Of a DNA stretch of 64,000 nt, positions 19,001-34,502 are shown in pieces. Position 1 is the first letter of the stretch, and each line of letters begins with the position of its first letter. The stretch comes from Phaeosaccion multiseriatum (Eukaryota > Protista > Ochrophyta, other classes). The notes beneath the pieces are model-generated. The model was given only the letters and a program-made list of their open reading frames with translations, had not been told where the DNA came from and searched no databases. Where the stretch lies: NCBI GenBank assembly GCA_965112735.1, contig OZ218965.1:992001-1056000 (forward strand). Direction: 5' to 3'. A program made the translations under genes and the position numbers.

Positions 19001-19447
19001 TAGGGTTGGCCCTTTCATTCTAAGCGAAGTGTGTGCTCACATCGCTGTCGGAAGACTCAAAGTAGTAGAGGAAGGTGTGGGGCACGATGGCGCAGTATCT
19101 GAGCTGCCAAACCCTCTGCTCGTCTCTCTTGAACATCCACCCCGACTGCACCCCGAGAGCGGTCATATTAGCGGCCGTCCGTGCCACGCATGACTTGACG
19201 GTGATTGTGCTGGAGTTGCTGCTGTTGGTGGAGAGCTGAAAGGAAGAGTCGTCGTTCGTGTGTGCGGTGTTGGGGGGAAGCATAAGTTCTAGGGTAGGAT
19301 AGCTGAATATGGTAGGAGGACTGGACAGACAAGGGTAGCGGCGCAAAGTGGAGTTCTTACCAAGTGCACATTATCGAGGGTTTGGAGAGCCTTCTTCTTT
19401 ATGAAGCCCGCCTTGCTGGAGCTCACAAGAGGCATCCCTATCTTCAT
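15627..19447 (-). CDS. PH-domain plus coiled-coil protein with low-complexity C-terminus (multi-exon)
   Basis: SGWMFKRDEQRVWQLRYCAIVPHTFLYYFESSDSD|VPRGVIDLEYY...YFFKAENEDKSVGWVSALHRERY (PH fold), followed by heptad-rich exon 16462-17750; both ends uncertain. Confidence 0.75.
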
Positions 19448-19859
19448 CCGCGGGAAGAGGTGCTTCTCCTTCTTCTCCACGGGCTTTACATGAGCCTACC
19501 GCCGTCTGAGGGCCCACTCCAGAAGAAGGTTGAAAGTTGCCTCGCCTTCCCGTTACGCATTTGTTTTCCCTTTTTCTCCCTGGCTCTTACGCGTTTACCC
19601 ACTACTGCTGGCGCTTTACAGCAGGGTTTATTACTTCGCGAGAGACACACAAGGCAGTGACGGAGCGCGGAGAGAGTGGAGAGTGAGAAGAGGGGAAGGG
19701 GAAGGCGGCCGAGCAAAACATTCACTGACTTAATCGGATCCCCCCCCCCCCGATCTTTCACCCCTCCTCTATCTATCCATCTCTAGCAGCACGGCCATGC
19801 TCTGTCTAAAAGAGGGACGCTAGGTGAAGAGCTGAACAGCTCAGGAGACTCTGCAAGAA

Positions 19860-22800
19860 ATGGATTCAGGTGGGAGGGCCCCAATCGCGTCACCACCCGT
19901 GATGATCCAGGTAGCACCGATGAGCGGTGGCAGGGCAAAGGGAGAAGAAGGGGGCGAGGAGGAGGAGAGCGGAGCCCGCCCGCCGGATAGCCCTCTCCCT
20001 TGGAGGCCCATCTCTGCCCTCATTCTCATTCAGGCGAGTGAAAGCAGGCCGCCAAAGGGAACGTATTACTTTCTCTCCCCCCAGCCCCCTACTGCCACCA
20101 AGCCGCGCCTTACGTTGACACGCTCGCTCCCTTCCCCCGATACAGATATCCGAAGCGGTCAACGTCTCCGTGCTCTTCCCTTTCTTGTAAGTGGAGAACG
20201 GCTGATGCTAAAGCAGTGCTGATGCCGTTGTTGCGTTGCTGCCGCTGACGTGGTGCTTCTCTCTCGCCGCACACGCTCGCCATGTGATTCCTGAACGCCG
20301 CAATTATAACCTCACGTATGCACCCCATAGGGCCTTCATGGTGGAGGATCTCGGGCATGGCGGGCCCTCTCTCGGAGTCTACACGGGCTTGCTTGCTGCT
20401 TCATTCTGCGGGGCCCAAGCCACCACAAGCTTCCTGTGGGGCATGCTGAGTGATCGGTGGGGGAGGTACGTCCCGACTCTTACCCTACATAGGCTATCTT
20501 GCATGGCCTCTGTGATGCCCAAGTGTTGATGTGAATGAACAAACAGCGGAGGAGTCCACGGCAGGTTTAGGGGGCAAATTTTATCGTGTCCTGCTTATCT
20601 TCTTCCTTCTTCCCTTGTGCTTTGTGCGTCCTCACGCTTTCATCAGACGCGCCTGCCTGCAAAGCGGCTTGCTGGGCGGGGCGTTGGCCATGGTGGTGTT
20701 CGGCTTCTCTTCAACCTTCACGCAGGCCGTGGTGGGGAGGGCCATCGGGGGCATGCTCAATGGAAACATCGGGGTCATGAAGGTGTGTGGCTGCATGATG
20801 CGTGCAAGTTGCAAGTGCAGCACGAGAGAGACTGATTGTTGTCCGGAGATGGCGACCACTAGCCCTCATGTTGGCCAACACGAAATAACGCCTACGATAG
20901 CAACCGAAGTGGTCTAGTCTAGTCTCGACCACTTGCCCCTGATTTTGGCCTACAATAGCAACGGAAGTGTGAAGTGTGTACTCGACTTCACCGGCCTTCA
21001 GGTTGTTGGAGGGAGGTGGAGGTTCACGGACGCATGCCAGCTATGACGTACGCAGGCTCTGAGAGTCCCGCCCGCCGCCCCGCTTGCCGTCCTTTCCTTT
21101 CTTTTGTTCTCTGGCTCTCGCGCTTGTTTGTTCTCCACGCTGCAGTCTCTTCTCGGTGCGATAACGGACGAGACCAACGTCGCTCGCGCCTTCGCGGTCC
21201 TGCCCTTCGCCTGGGGCCTTGGTGTGGTGAGTTTGAGTGCCAGTGGAAAAGTATGTGAAGTACGAGAGACTTTTTATAACGCTCCACAGAATAGGAACTG
21301 TATGACCTCTCCTCGAGCTCGGACTACCATGCCTCTGATTCTTTGTCTTGCCTCTTGCCTCTCGCCTCTTTGTATTGGCCTGCCCCCCTTTCCCTCCCAC
21401 CCACCCGCGGCTCCTCTCTGTCCTGCTCTGCTCCCCTTCTCCTTGCTCCTCTTGCTCCTCTTTCTGATGGGGTATGGACACAGGTTGTCGCCCCTGTCAT
21501 CGGCGGGTTTCTGTCCAACCCAGCAACCCACCTGCCGCACGTGTTCAGCCCCGAGGGGCTCTTCGGCACCTACCCGTACCTCCTACCGTGTCTTGTATGT
21601 GCGGGGCTACAAGGCCTGGCCTTTGTTGCCACGACGCTTCTGGTTGAGGACCCCCCCGCCCCGGCTGGGAGGAGTTCTACCAGCAGCAAGGGTAGAGGGA
21701 GAGGGAAAGGGAGAGAGATCAGCAAGCTCACTACCCTCCCCACGGCTAGCAGTAGCAGGACCAGTAGTAGCAGGAGCACTGCGGCCCTCCGGGGTGGATG
21801 GTTGAAGGATTGGAGCCGGAGTGAGAGAGAGAAGAGCGGAGGAGTCTACAGCTCGGCAAGTACTGTGGAGGAGGAAGATGAGCATCCTCGGAGTGCGGTG
21901 CTTGCCTCCTGTAGAACGAGTATCTCAAACAGGAGACGCATTCAAGGCAGCGACCAGGAGGAGGAGGAGGAGGAGGAGGAGGAGGAGGGGACCCTCTTGC
22001 GGAAGGTCCTTCGGAAGTCTCTTCCTGCGGCGATGCACGGCAAGGTTGATAGGAGGGAAGTTGGTGCTTCAGAGTTGGAGATGGCAGCATGGGGAGCGAA
22101 GGAGGAAGGAGAGGCGTGGGCTAGAGACGAGGACAGCAATGGGGAAGGGAAAATCACGTCAGCGTCATCAGTGGTCTCCGTATCGACGTGCGCGGCAACT
22201 CCCCTCGCGTCGCCAGGGCAACCAAGCCACGTATCACCAACTGTTGACTCATCAATAGTAGTAGCAGCAGCAGCAGCAGGAGCAGCAGGGGGAAGAGGGG
22301 AGGATAATGACGGCGGGAGGACAGGGACGGCCCCAGGCCAGCCGCTGCTGGAGGAGGACAAAGAGGAGGAGAAGGAGGAGGAGGAGGAGGAGGAGGAGGA
22401 GGAAGAGGAGGAGGGGGAGGAGGAGGAAGAAGAGGCCTTCACAGTGAGGGACAGGAGTGTGCTTCTCTCGATGGGCTCCTATATGTGAGTGAACAACCAA
22501 CACCCCAACAAGACAAGCGGGCCTCTCGGTGGGGTAGTCTCATTCACCTGTCCCACCCCCCCTCCCAATGCACAGCCTTGGTCTGCCCACCACTGCCCTG
22601 TCCCTCCTCTCCTTCTCCCCCTGTCTCTCCGGAGCCTTGGTCTGTCCACCACTGCCCTCTTCCTCCCCTCACTTGTCCCTCTGTCTCTCCGATCATGCCC
22701 CTGCCGCCCCTGTCGCCCCCCACGCCATACTGCTGCTGCTGCTGCTGCTGTTGTATCACCAACTGCTGCTACTCCTGCTCTTTCCCCCACTCTTGTGTCT

Positions 22801-23757
22801 TGCAGCGGCCTGGCGCTAGCGTTCATTGTGTTCGACGAAGTGGTGCCGCTATGGATGAAGCTGGACGAGGAGGAAGGAGGGCTGTCCTTGGACTATCGCC
22901 AGATTGGCATGCTGCTCAGCTGTGGAGGAATCGCTCTCATGTTTTCTACTCTCGGTAAGTCCAGTTTCAGTTCCAGACATTGATGTTTCCTACTTTTAGA
23001 CCTTGTCAATGAATGTAGGAGGTCGAGATCGATGTAGAATGGGGTAAGGCAGACCATCGTACGTTGTAAGTAGTCGCACGTATGTAGTCGTCGCCTGTGC
23101 AAGCCGAGGAGGAAGGCAATGAGCAGCAGTCAATAATTGATCAAAGGAGGAGGGGGGAAGAGGAGATGGGGTTGAGAAGGAGAAAGGGGAAAGGGTGCTG
23201 TGCTCCCAGCATGGTGCGACATTTGTGTCAAGCAACTGAGACCCCGCCGATCCCCCGACCGCACCCACATCCACACCCACACCCACACCCACACCCACAT
23301 CCACGCTCGGTGCATGTGCTACACTCGCTGCACGTACTTGCTGAACACTTCTCTCCCCCTTGCCCCTCCCTCCCTCCCTCGCCCCACACCCCCCCCAGTG
23401 GTCGCTCCATGGGCGACGAAGCGCTTCGGGTATCGCCGAGTCACGCTAGGAGCGAGTCTACTGTGCCTGCCCGTTGTGCTGAGTCCGCCGCTGCTGTCTC
23501 GGCTTCTCTGCGGCTCCTCTCCCGTGCTCTTGCCTGCGGTGGCCCTGAACATCATGCTACGAAGAGGAGGGGCGACGCTGGGGATGGTCTGTAAGTAGTG
23601 CTGATGTCCTGTCGTTTGGCTGATTGCACACTTTCCTTCACTTGATGGGTGCCTTATCGGTCCCGGGGCTTTCTTCATGCCTCGTGCTTGACGCCGTGCA
23701 CTTGAAGTGCTCTCTCTCTTTTTCTCTCGTTCTCTCTTTCTCTCCCCCTCTGTGTAT

Positions 23758-23791
<34 letters not shown>

Positions 23792-24609
23792 CTAGTCTCC
23801 AATTGGACGCGAATGATCGAAGGAATGACCCACACACGCGTGTGTCATGCGTTTTTTATAATCTCTTGCTCTTTTCACTCCCCCTCCCACCCCTCCCATA
23901 TCCCTCCCTTATCCCTCTCTCTCTCTCCTTCAGCCACCATGATCATGGTCAACAACAGCGCCAGCCCTAAACACCTCGGAGCTGTCAATGGAGCGACTCA
24001 AACAGGGGCTTCACTCGTGCGCTCCCTCGGGCCTGCGGCAGGAGGGGCGATGTGGGCAGCAAGCGAACAGTGGGGTTTCCTCTACCCCACCTTCATGATA
24101 TCGGGTGAGTGAGGGAGGGAGGGAGGGAGGGAGTGAGTGAGTGAGGGAGGGAGGGAGGGAGTGAGGGAGGGAGTGAGGAAGTGAATTGAGTGCGTGAGTG
24201 AGAGTGAGTGACTGAGTGAGTGAGTGCGTGAGTGAGTGAGTGAGGGAGGGAGGGAGAAAGAGAGGGAGGGAGAAAGAGAGGGAGGGAGGGAGTAAGGGAG
24301 GAAGGGAGTGAGTGAGTGCGTAAGTGAGACTGGGTGAGTGAGTGAGTGAGTGAGTGAGTGGGGCCAAAGCACCCACCCCCAGCGACCCTTCCCACTTCCA
24401 CCCATTGACTCAAGTAGCTTTGCCAGTCCTACGCACCTCTAACTTCCCTCTATCCACGCACGGGTTCAGGTGCTGCACTGGTCTGTACTTTCATCTGCGC
24501 TTGGCTCGCCCCTGCTACTCTGGAGGGCCCTCGCCAGGGGCGGCCAGAGGTGGGCGCGTGCGTTGCAGGGAGAGAGAGCCGCGGCCGCCGAGGCAAGAAC
24601 CCTGCATGA
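19860..24609 (+). CDS. Major facilitator superfamily transporter, ZIFL/TCR-like (~10 exons)
   Basis: ISEAVNVSVLFPFLAFMVEDLG, motif A WGMLSDRWGRR, GRAIGGMLNGNIGVMK, APVIGGFLSNPA, NNSASPKHLGAVNGATQTGASLVRSLGPAAGG; long acidic central loop. Confidence 0.9.
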
Positions 24610-25339
24610 GCAGCAGGAGCAGCGGCAGGAGCAGTAGTCAGGGCACACCTGGCCCTTCGCTTGGGGTGTGAGGTGTGTGGTGGAAGAGTGTGTGTCTGGG
24701 CAGTGTGGAGGTCGTGCTCAGAGGCGCCGCCAGCAATGGCCCAGGCGACATCAGGGAGGAGATGGGACTTCTTGTTCCGTCTACGCACGAGTCATGCTCC
24801 ACGCGACCAGTGACATGCCGGACGGGAGTCCGGTTTTTGTGAATACGTAAGGTGTTGGAAGGCTCTACATGTGTATCGATTTTGAGAGCCGAGTAAGTGC
24901 CGGGTGAGGGGCAGGGCAGGGTAGTGCAGGGTTAGGGTCAGAGTTAAGTCTCGGACCTATTCTCAAATTCTTCGGTCGTGTGCGAAGGGGCGGTGGCGGA
25001 TGGCTGGCCTGTATGGCGCGGGCGCACACCGGCGGTAGCACGTCAGGGCGTCAGATAATATATAAACAGTGTGTATATTTTGTCGGATTTGAGCCGCTGC
25101 CAACCCTTCCTGTTTGCTCAACGCTCAGCTGAAAACTCGTTTTTCCCCTGCGTCGAGGCCAACCACCCCTCGAGGCTGATACTTACACACCCATTTGCTC
25201 TTGCTCTGTGGTGTATGTTTCGCGCTGCGCTCCTCCCGAAACGCATAAAAGAGAGATTCCCTCCACTTCCTCCACCATCATGAACTTCCCCTCGCCCTTG
25301 CCGGTAGAGAGAGACATACGACTGACTGGATGAGCTCAA

Positions 25340-25688
25340 TCAAAAGGTCTTGCCTGGGATCCATTTCTGCAAATAGAGATGAGAGAGAGAGGGAGAGAGA
25401 GAGAGAAGGGGTCGAGGCGAAGGCACGAGTGAGGAGGAGCATAGCAGCAGCAGCACCGGTGATTCGACCTCTCAAGGGGGAACAGGACAAGAGAGAAAGG
25501 GCAACAGTGGAGAGACCAACTTCCTTCCCTTCCCCCCTCGCTCATTCGCTCACCTTGTCCTGCACGCCTAATGCTCGCTTTACTGGTGGGACCACGAAGG
25601 GAAACAAAATTCCCACCCCTCCGACGACGCAGCTGAACACTACCACCGGCTGGCGGTCAAGCCATCGGCGCAGGAATGCAATGGCCAT
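25340..25688 (-). CDS. NDUFA3: NADH:ubiquinone oxidoreductase subunit NDUFA3/B9-like (53 aa; exons 25554-25688 and 25340-25366; absent from the ORF track)
   Basis: MAIAFLRRWLDRQPVVVFSCVVGGVGILFPFVVPPVKRALGVQDK|KWIPGKTF*; P-x-x-x-x-SC-x-x-G-G-x-G...VVPP pattern resembles plant B9 and fungal NI9M subunits; GTGAGC...TTGCAG intron. Confidence 0.7.
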
Positions 25689-26413
25689 CGTCTAGTCTCT
25701 CTCCAAGGGCAAAACACCTGCAAGAGAGTACGTCGAGAGAGAGAGGATTTTAGTTCTTTTTGTTGCTTCTCCTTGACCATAGCTGAGACATGTGGTAGTC
25801 TACCTCCCTCCCTCTTCCCGTCAGCAGCAGATCAACGCCCCCACCTTTGTTTTTCTTGTCCTTTTAATTCCTCTGTTGTCTGTCTGGGTAGGGTGACCCA
25901 GGGGTGGAAGCTCATAATCTTGGCATGTTAAAGCTCGCGGCTTCGGGGAGTTCGAGAGCAAATATTTAACAACAACACACACAGCTGTCCTCTATACAGA
26001 CTCTCCATAAAGAGATCGGGAAGAGTAGCGCCTGTATTAGCGGGCCTTGTCTTGCATGGAGGTGGAAAGCACAGGGAAAACCCAGGAAAAGTTGTTCATT
26101 TGTCGCTTGGTCGCTTAGGCGTTCGAGTTAATTACAGTCGAAGCTCAGCGACGCAGAGCATTAGGCACGCCGTTTCCTCAGGAGCGGGAGAAGAGGAAGG
26201 TATCGTCTCAGCAGAGTCCCGCTGGCGCAAAGCGTAATGCAGACAAAGAAGGTTTGAGCCGAACTCCTGAAACGAACTTTCCGTGTTACGGAACGCTGTG
26301 GTTCTCTGCCGCAGCACCAGCAGCAAAGGAAGTTTCTTCTTCCTCTGTTCGGGAGCAGGACTGGGACAGGGACAGGACAGTTTGCTGCATTGAACACATA
26401 GACAGAGAGAAAG

Positions 26414-29140
<2,727 letters not shown>

Positions 29141-29893
29141 GTGCAGCGTGCAGGAGTGAGAGGAGTTGAATTCTTTTAATTAAAAGGTCTCCCTCCAGCC
29201 AGACAGAAGGCTGGGTTGGTTTGTGGTACTTGTACCTCCATCCCATGGAGTACGGAAGCTCGGGCGAGGAGAAAAAACGGCTTTTGGATTGCTCGTACCC
29301 GAAGGCTTTGTCTTGGCTGGGAGGGGAAACAGGGGGTCACTGAGCTCTGCTTGCTTTGGCGCTGGCGGCAAGGAGCGACTTACTTTACCACTGTGTATGT
29401 AGGTACGATAAGGGCGCGCTGCATAGCGTTTGCGCCTTGGACGAGAAGACAAGATAGACTGATAGAATCCATACAGTTATGTTTGTACAGAGAGTGCGAA
29501 AGCACGCTGCACTGGTGCTTACTGCAGCAGTGCATACATCCCCCTCGACCACAGCCCACTCCATAACGGCTGGCTGTGGCTTCCCTCCTTCTCTATCTAG
29601 TTTTGCAAGGCCCGTCCGTCCGTGTTGGCAATTTTCCATTGCTGACTGGCTCCGTTCCAATGCTTCCAAGGCAAAGGGAAGGAAACACTCAGATAGTGCT
29701 CTGTATGTTCCATACCCGCCTCCCTTCCGCGGAAGAGGTAGCAGGGTTGGTCTGTCGGTCGGTCGGTTGCAGCGGGGGGCGCAAAGAAATGCACCGGGGG
29801 CGAGTTCTCTTCTCTCAATCTCATCGTGCAGTTCGGCGGAGGAGAGAGCGAAGGGGTGCTGCGGCCGCTCCTGCGGTGTGTGTCAGGTGCAGC

Positions 29894-30393
29894 CTAAGCG
29901 TCCTGCTCGAACAGGATCTGCTTTCCGTGCTGCTCCATGGGCAAGAAGTAGCCCTGTTTGGGATGGATGAGCACGCTTGCACTTAGTTTTTCCCTCCTTG
30001 ACTTGGCCCCTCCCTCCGGCCTCCGTCCCCCCCTCCCGTCTCCCCGTATCTCCCACCACCCGGGGAGGCAACGCACCTTTTCGTGCTCGATCTTGACCCA
30101 GCCGTCCTGGCCGGGAACGTAAGACCCCTTGAGGATGGCGCCGTTCCTCGGCCAATCGCTGGCGCTCACTGAAGCACCCATGTCTGTCGAGGACCGCCAA
30201 AACATTCCGCTGCACCCGTTGCCGCTGCCGAGAGGATGTGGTGCACAGCAGAGAGGATAACAATCAGAGGTAGAAAGACGAGCAAGCGAGACGCAACCAG
30301 AGAGATGAGAAAAGCAAGCACAAAGCCCGCCAGACAAGTAACATCTCGTCCTCACCTCGCATCGAGCTTGAACGTTCTCAAGTCGTCTGCCAT
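29894..30393 (-). CDS. Small hypothetical protein (~80 aa, DWPRNGA motif), 3 exons
   Basis: MADDLRTFKLDAS|GNGCSGMFWRSSTDMGASVSASDWPRNGAILKGSYVPGQDGWVKIEHEK|GYFLPMEQHGKQILFEQDA*; two phase-consistent GT-AG introns. Confidence 0.7.
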
Positions 30394-31031
30394 TGTCCTG
30401 CTTTTGCTTCTCTCCTCGTGTGCTGCTGCTGGTGTAGTTTGAGTCGGTTCTGTTCTCTCGTACTGCGGGCTTCCGGCGGCCCACCTCTCTCGGGGAGACA
30501 AAACTAACCACCCGAAGCCGTTTCTCGCCGTTTTTATCACGGTACTTGTTTGTATCGGTCAACATTAAAGATCTTCAGGGCGAGATTATGTAGCTCAACG
30601 TGAGATCAACCCCTCCGCTTCCCCGCCATCATCCCCCATGATCAGGAGGCACCTGCACACGAGCGCGAGCGCGGGGCCCTCCGGGGCGCGAATAGACGAA
30701 TAGTTGGAGGCTAGCTATACTACAGCTTGGATTAAAAGGTGGTTCCTGGCTGGGAGTTGGGAGGGGGGGAGGCGGGAGGAGGGAGGGAGGGATGCCACAA
30801 CCACCAGCCACACACTCGGGTCCACACACTCCTCTCTCTTCCTGGATGTCGTATATCTGTATACAAGCAAGTCTGTGAGTACAAGTTACCGGTGGCGGCC
30901 GGCTGCCTGTCAGGCGCCGGCTGTTAGAAGCAAGGTAGCCGCCCGGCCGGGGGGGGGAGCGAGGGGGCCGGGAGGAGGAGCCATTGTAGGGTAGCACGCC
31001 GGGGGGGGGAGGCAGCCAGCAGGTAGGAATT

Positions 31032-31059
31032 CAGGGCTCGGGGCTGGACAAGGTTACAG
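31032..31059 (+). mobile_element. Orphan terminus of MITE-like family B
   Basis: CTGGACAAGGTTACAG (31044-31059) is identical to 58465-58480. Confidence 0.55.
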
Positions 31060-31085
31060 CCAGTTAAAGAAGAGAACGACGGTAA

Positions 31086-31520
31086 CAGTGTTCGGCCCCG
31101 TGCACGCCTAGCGGCCTAGGCCTATTTTTATGCCGCCGCCTAGGCGGCCTAAGCGGGGCGGAGGCCCGCGCGGCCTAGCTAGGGCAGACGCCAGCCAACT
31201 AGTAGTATAGTAGTCGAGTATAGGCGGACGGTGGGAGTCGAGTGCCCAGTGCCAGAGTGCAAAGAGTAATCAGTTTCATTGCAACTTCGTTCGTATTGTC
31301 TCTTCCGCCTCGCTGGCCCTACGAGGAGTGCAGACCTACAGGTGCGCTGCTACCCACTGGCTGGGCGGCACCACGCACGCGCCCACGGTCACTGGGAGGC
31401 TGCCTAGAGGCGGGCTATATAGGCCGCCTAGGACTGAAAAGTGAGCGGCCTAGAGCGGACGGAGGCCGCCGGCCTAGGTCTAGATCGGCCGAAGGCCGAG
31501 CGGCCTAGCGGCCTTGAGCA
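31086..31520 (+). mobile_element. MITE-like element family A, copy 1 (right TIR not found)
   Basis: 31088-31419 aligns with the reverse complement of 53484-53848; rich in GGCCTAG/CTAGGCC motifs. Confidence 0.75.
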
Positions 31521-31694
31521 AAACCGGCACCGCCAGAAATTCGGAAAAAGAGTTTAAGTTTCAGTGTGAACACGTGCGTCTGGACCCTCGCGAAGAGGAA
31601 CTAAAATGACCGATTACCCCAATTTCCCCCTTGAGTTGGAGTTCGCACACTTTGGAACGAGACAGCTTGATGAAATAGAGGAGAGAGAACAAAG

Positions 31695-32955
31695 ATGGAG
31701 AGCAGTAGTAGTGGCATGGACAACAGTAGTGGCATGGACAGCAGTAGTGGTATGGACAGCTGTAGCGCCACGGACAGGAGCAGTGAGGGAGAGAAGAAGG
31801 AGGAGACTCTACAGCGGCTGCAGGGCGCCCGGCAGCAGGAGTTGCAGGGGAGGCTGGGCAAGGGAGCGCAGAAGCAAAAGCAACGGCGAGAGGAGGCGGA
31901 GGAGGAGGCAGAATGCCAACGACGCCGCTTGGAACAACCGGAGTCGAGCATGATGCAGGAGCCCAGCGGCGACTCGCGGAGCGGCCGGACGACCAGCGAT
32001 AGCAGTGCCCACAGTACCACCAGCACGTGCAGCAGTGGGTGCTGTAGGGGGGGAGGGCCCGGCCTTGGCTCGGTGGAAGGAGGCGGGGGGGTGAACATGC
32101 AGGGTATCCCCTGGGCGGGGGGCGCGGGGGAGAGCGGGGAGAGCGAGGGCAGGTGGGCCGAGGGGGAGGACGAGGAGGATGAGGAGGACGAGGAGCGGGA
32201 GCACCAACAGCAGCACCAGCACCCGCGGCAAGAGCACCAGCACCAGCACCAGCAGCGGCTGGGCGAGCGCAGGAGGCGGAGGAGGGGGCGGGCCCAATCC
32301 CTGGCCAGGGGGGGGGACGCCGCTGTGGCCGCAGTGGCCGCCGCTGCCGCAGCGACGGTGGCCGCCGCCAAGGCAGCCGCCGCCCTCGAGCGGCAGAGGA
32401 GGGAGGCGGCTGCGTTGGCCGCCGCCAAGCAGCAGCAAAAGGAGAAGGAGGAGTATGATCGGCGGCATGGGTCGCCCCCCATTGTCGGCACGCTGGGGCT
32501 GGACCTGGTGAACCAGGCGGCCAGCTTCCTCGTTACAAGGGACGTGATGCGGCTGGCCTCCACGTGCAAAGTGCTACAGGGCGCGCTTCCCGGCTTGGTG
32601 GAGACGCTGCACCTGTGCGGGCACACGTGGTCGGTGGAGCGGTTGGGGGGTTTGCTGCCGCTCGAGCCGTTGAAAAAATTTGCCAAGGTGCGCAGCATTC
32701 ACGTGTGCTCTTTTCCCTGTAATGACGAGAACGACTCGGTGGACTACCGCATCACCATGCAGGCCAACCTCACTGTGCTGCTGGTCATGTTCGACGGCCT
32801 GGAGGAGTTGGATATTCAGGACGACGATATTTATGAGTGTTGCGAGGTGCTGCTGGCCTACCTGCCCTTACACGTCAAGGTGCTTCGCCTGAGGGTGGAC
32901 TCCACCTCCGGCAGCAGCGGGGGGGGGGGCTTCGGGTTGGGCAGCAATAGCCACA

Positions 32956-33000
<45 letters not shown>

Positions 33001-33426
33001 GAGGCGACGACGGGGAGGATGCTGGTGGGGTAGAGGCAGGAGAGGAGGAGGATATGGATGTGGATGTGGCTGTCGCGGCAGCCGCCGTCGCAGGGGCGCA
33101 GGTGGCCCATCTGGCCAACGAAATTTCGGCAGGGAGGGAGGAGGACGCAGAGCGGGCCGTGGCGTCGCTGGAGATGCTCCTTAGCAGGCGGGCGTGGCCA
33201 TGCTTGCACACGCTCGAGCTCTCGGCAGACAGGCTGACTCACAGCTCCTCCCAGAGGCTGCTGGCCATGCTTGATCGCACCCGTCTGTTGGGGCAGCTGC
33301 GGTGTCTGAGCTTGGCCTCCACGCCGAGGGTGTGCGTCAACGTGGACTGGACGCCGACGGCGGGGCAGCAGCGCCTGCACGAGCAGCAGTACCACCACTT
33401 GCAGCAGTTGCGTCAGCAATACCACG

Positions 33427-33469
<43 letters not shown>

Positions 33470-34471
33470 CCTTGCCCTGCAGGACAACGCAGGGGGGTAC
33501 ATGCTGCCCCTCGTCCCTCTGCAGGAACAGCACGCACCAGTGGCGGCAGCAGCAGCAGGTGAGCTCCCACCACCTGCCGCCGCTCCAGGCACGGTCTGGC
33601 CCTCCGACACGCTCGCCGCCGCCGCAGCCGAAGCGGCAGGACACGGACTTCACGGTGTGCCCCTCTCCGCAGCCAGGGCGGGCGGCTCCATTACACAGCA
33701 GCACCAGCAGCGACTGAGCCTACTGCGCCTGTCGGGGTGCGACCTGACCCTCCCATCCTCGCCCACTTTTTTGAGTGCGTGCCAGGATCTGGAGGAGATT
33801 TCGCTGGTCAACTGCGTGCTGGACGACGACTCGTTGACTGCCCTCGTGGCGGCGGTGCGAGCTTCGCCACAGCTGCGCTACCTGGAGCTGCACTTTGAGA
33901 ACTTTACCGGCAGCGCACTGGGCACACCCCTTGCCGCACCCTTGTCGTACGATGCTTCTCCTGCCAGGCGCACGCGCTCACAACGCAACAGCAAGCCCTG
34001 TGCCCTGTCCGGCGCCTTTGAGACTGTGCCGCATGTGCTCCACCTGGAGGGGCTGTCTCTGCAGAGGGGCAGGGGGCTCAGGCAGGGCACCATGGCTAAG
34101 CTCCTGCGCAACTTGGCGGTTTCGCCCGTTGCCTCACCATCATCCGGTAGCTCGTCCCGCCGGTCGCATAGGCGAGGGGGAGGGAGAGGGGCGGTTAGCG
34201 CACCAGCAGAAGCACCAGCAACAGCAGCGGCAGTACCACCACCACCAGCAGCAGCAGCAGCAGCAGCAGGCGGCTCGGCGGTAACAGCAGCAGCCGCGGC
34301 AGGTGGTGGTAGAGTTAGAGTTTCCTCCTCCAGCTCCACCGGATCGGGTCATAAAGTTACAATGGGTTCCTCCAGCTCCTCGTCGGGTTCGGGGTCCGAC
34401 GGCAACGACGACAGCACGACATCCATGGGAGGGGGAGGAAGAGGGGCGGTTAGCGCACCAGCAGAAGCACG

Positions 34472-34502
<31 letters not shown>

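Noticed and set aside
24905-24940. Telomere-like GGGTTAGGG sequence
   Set aside because: A single degenerate unit, not an array
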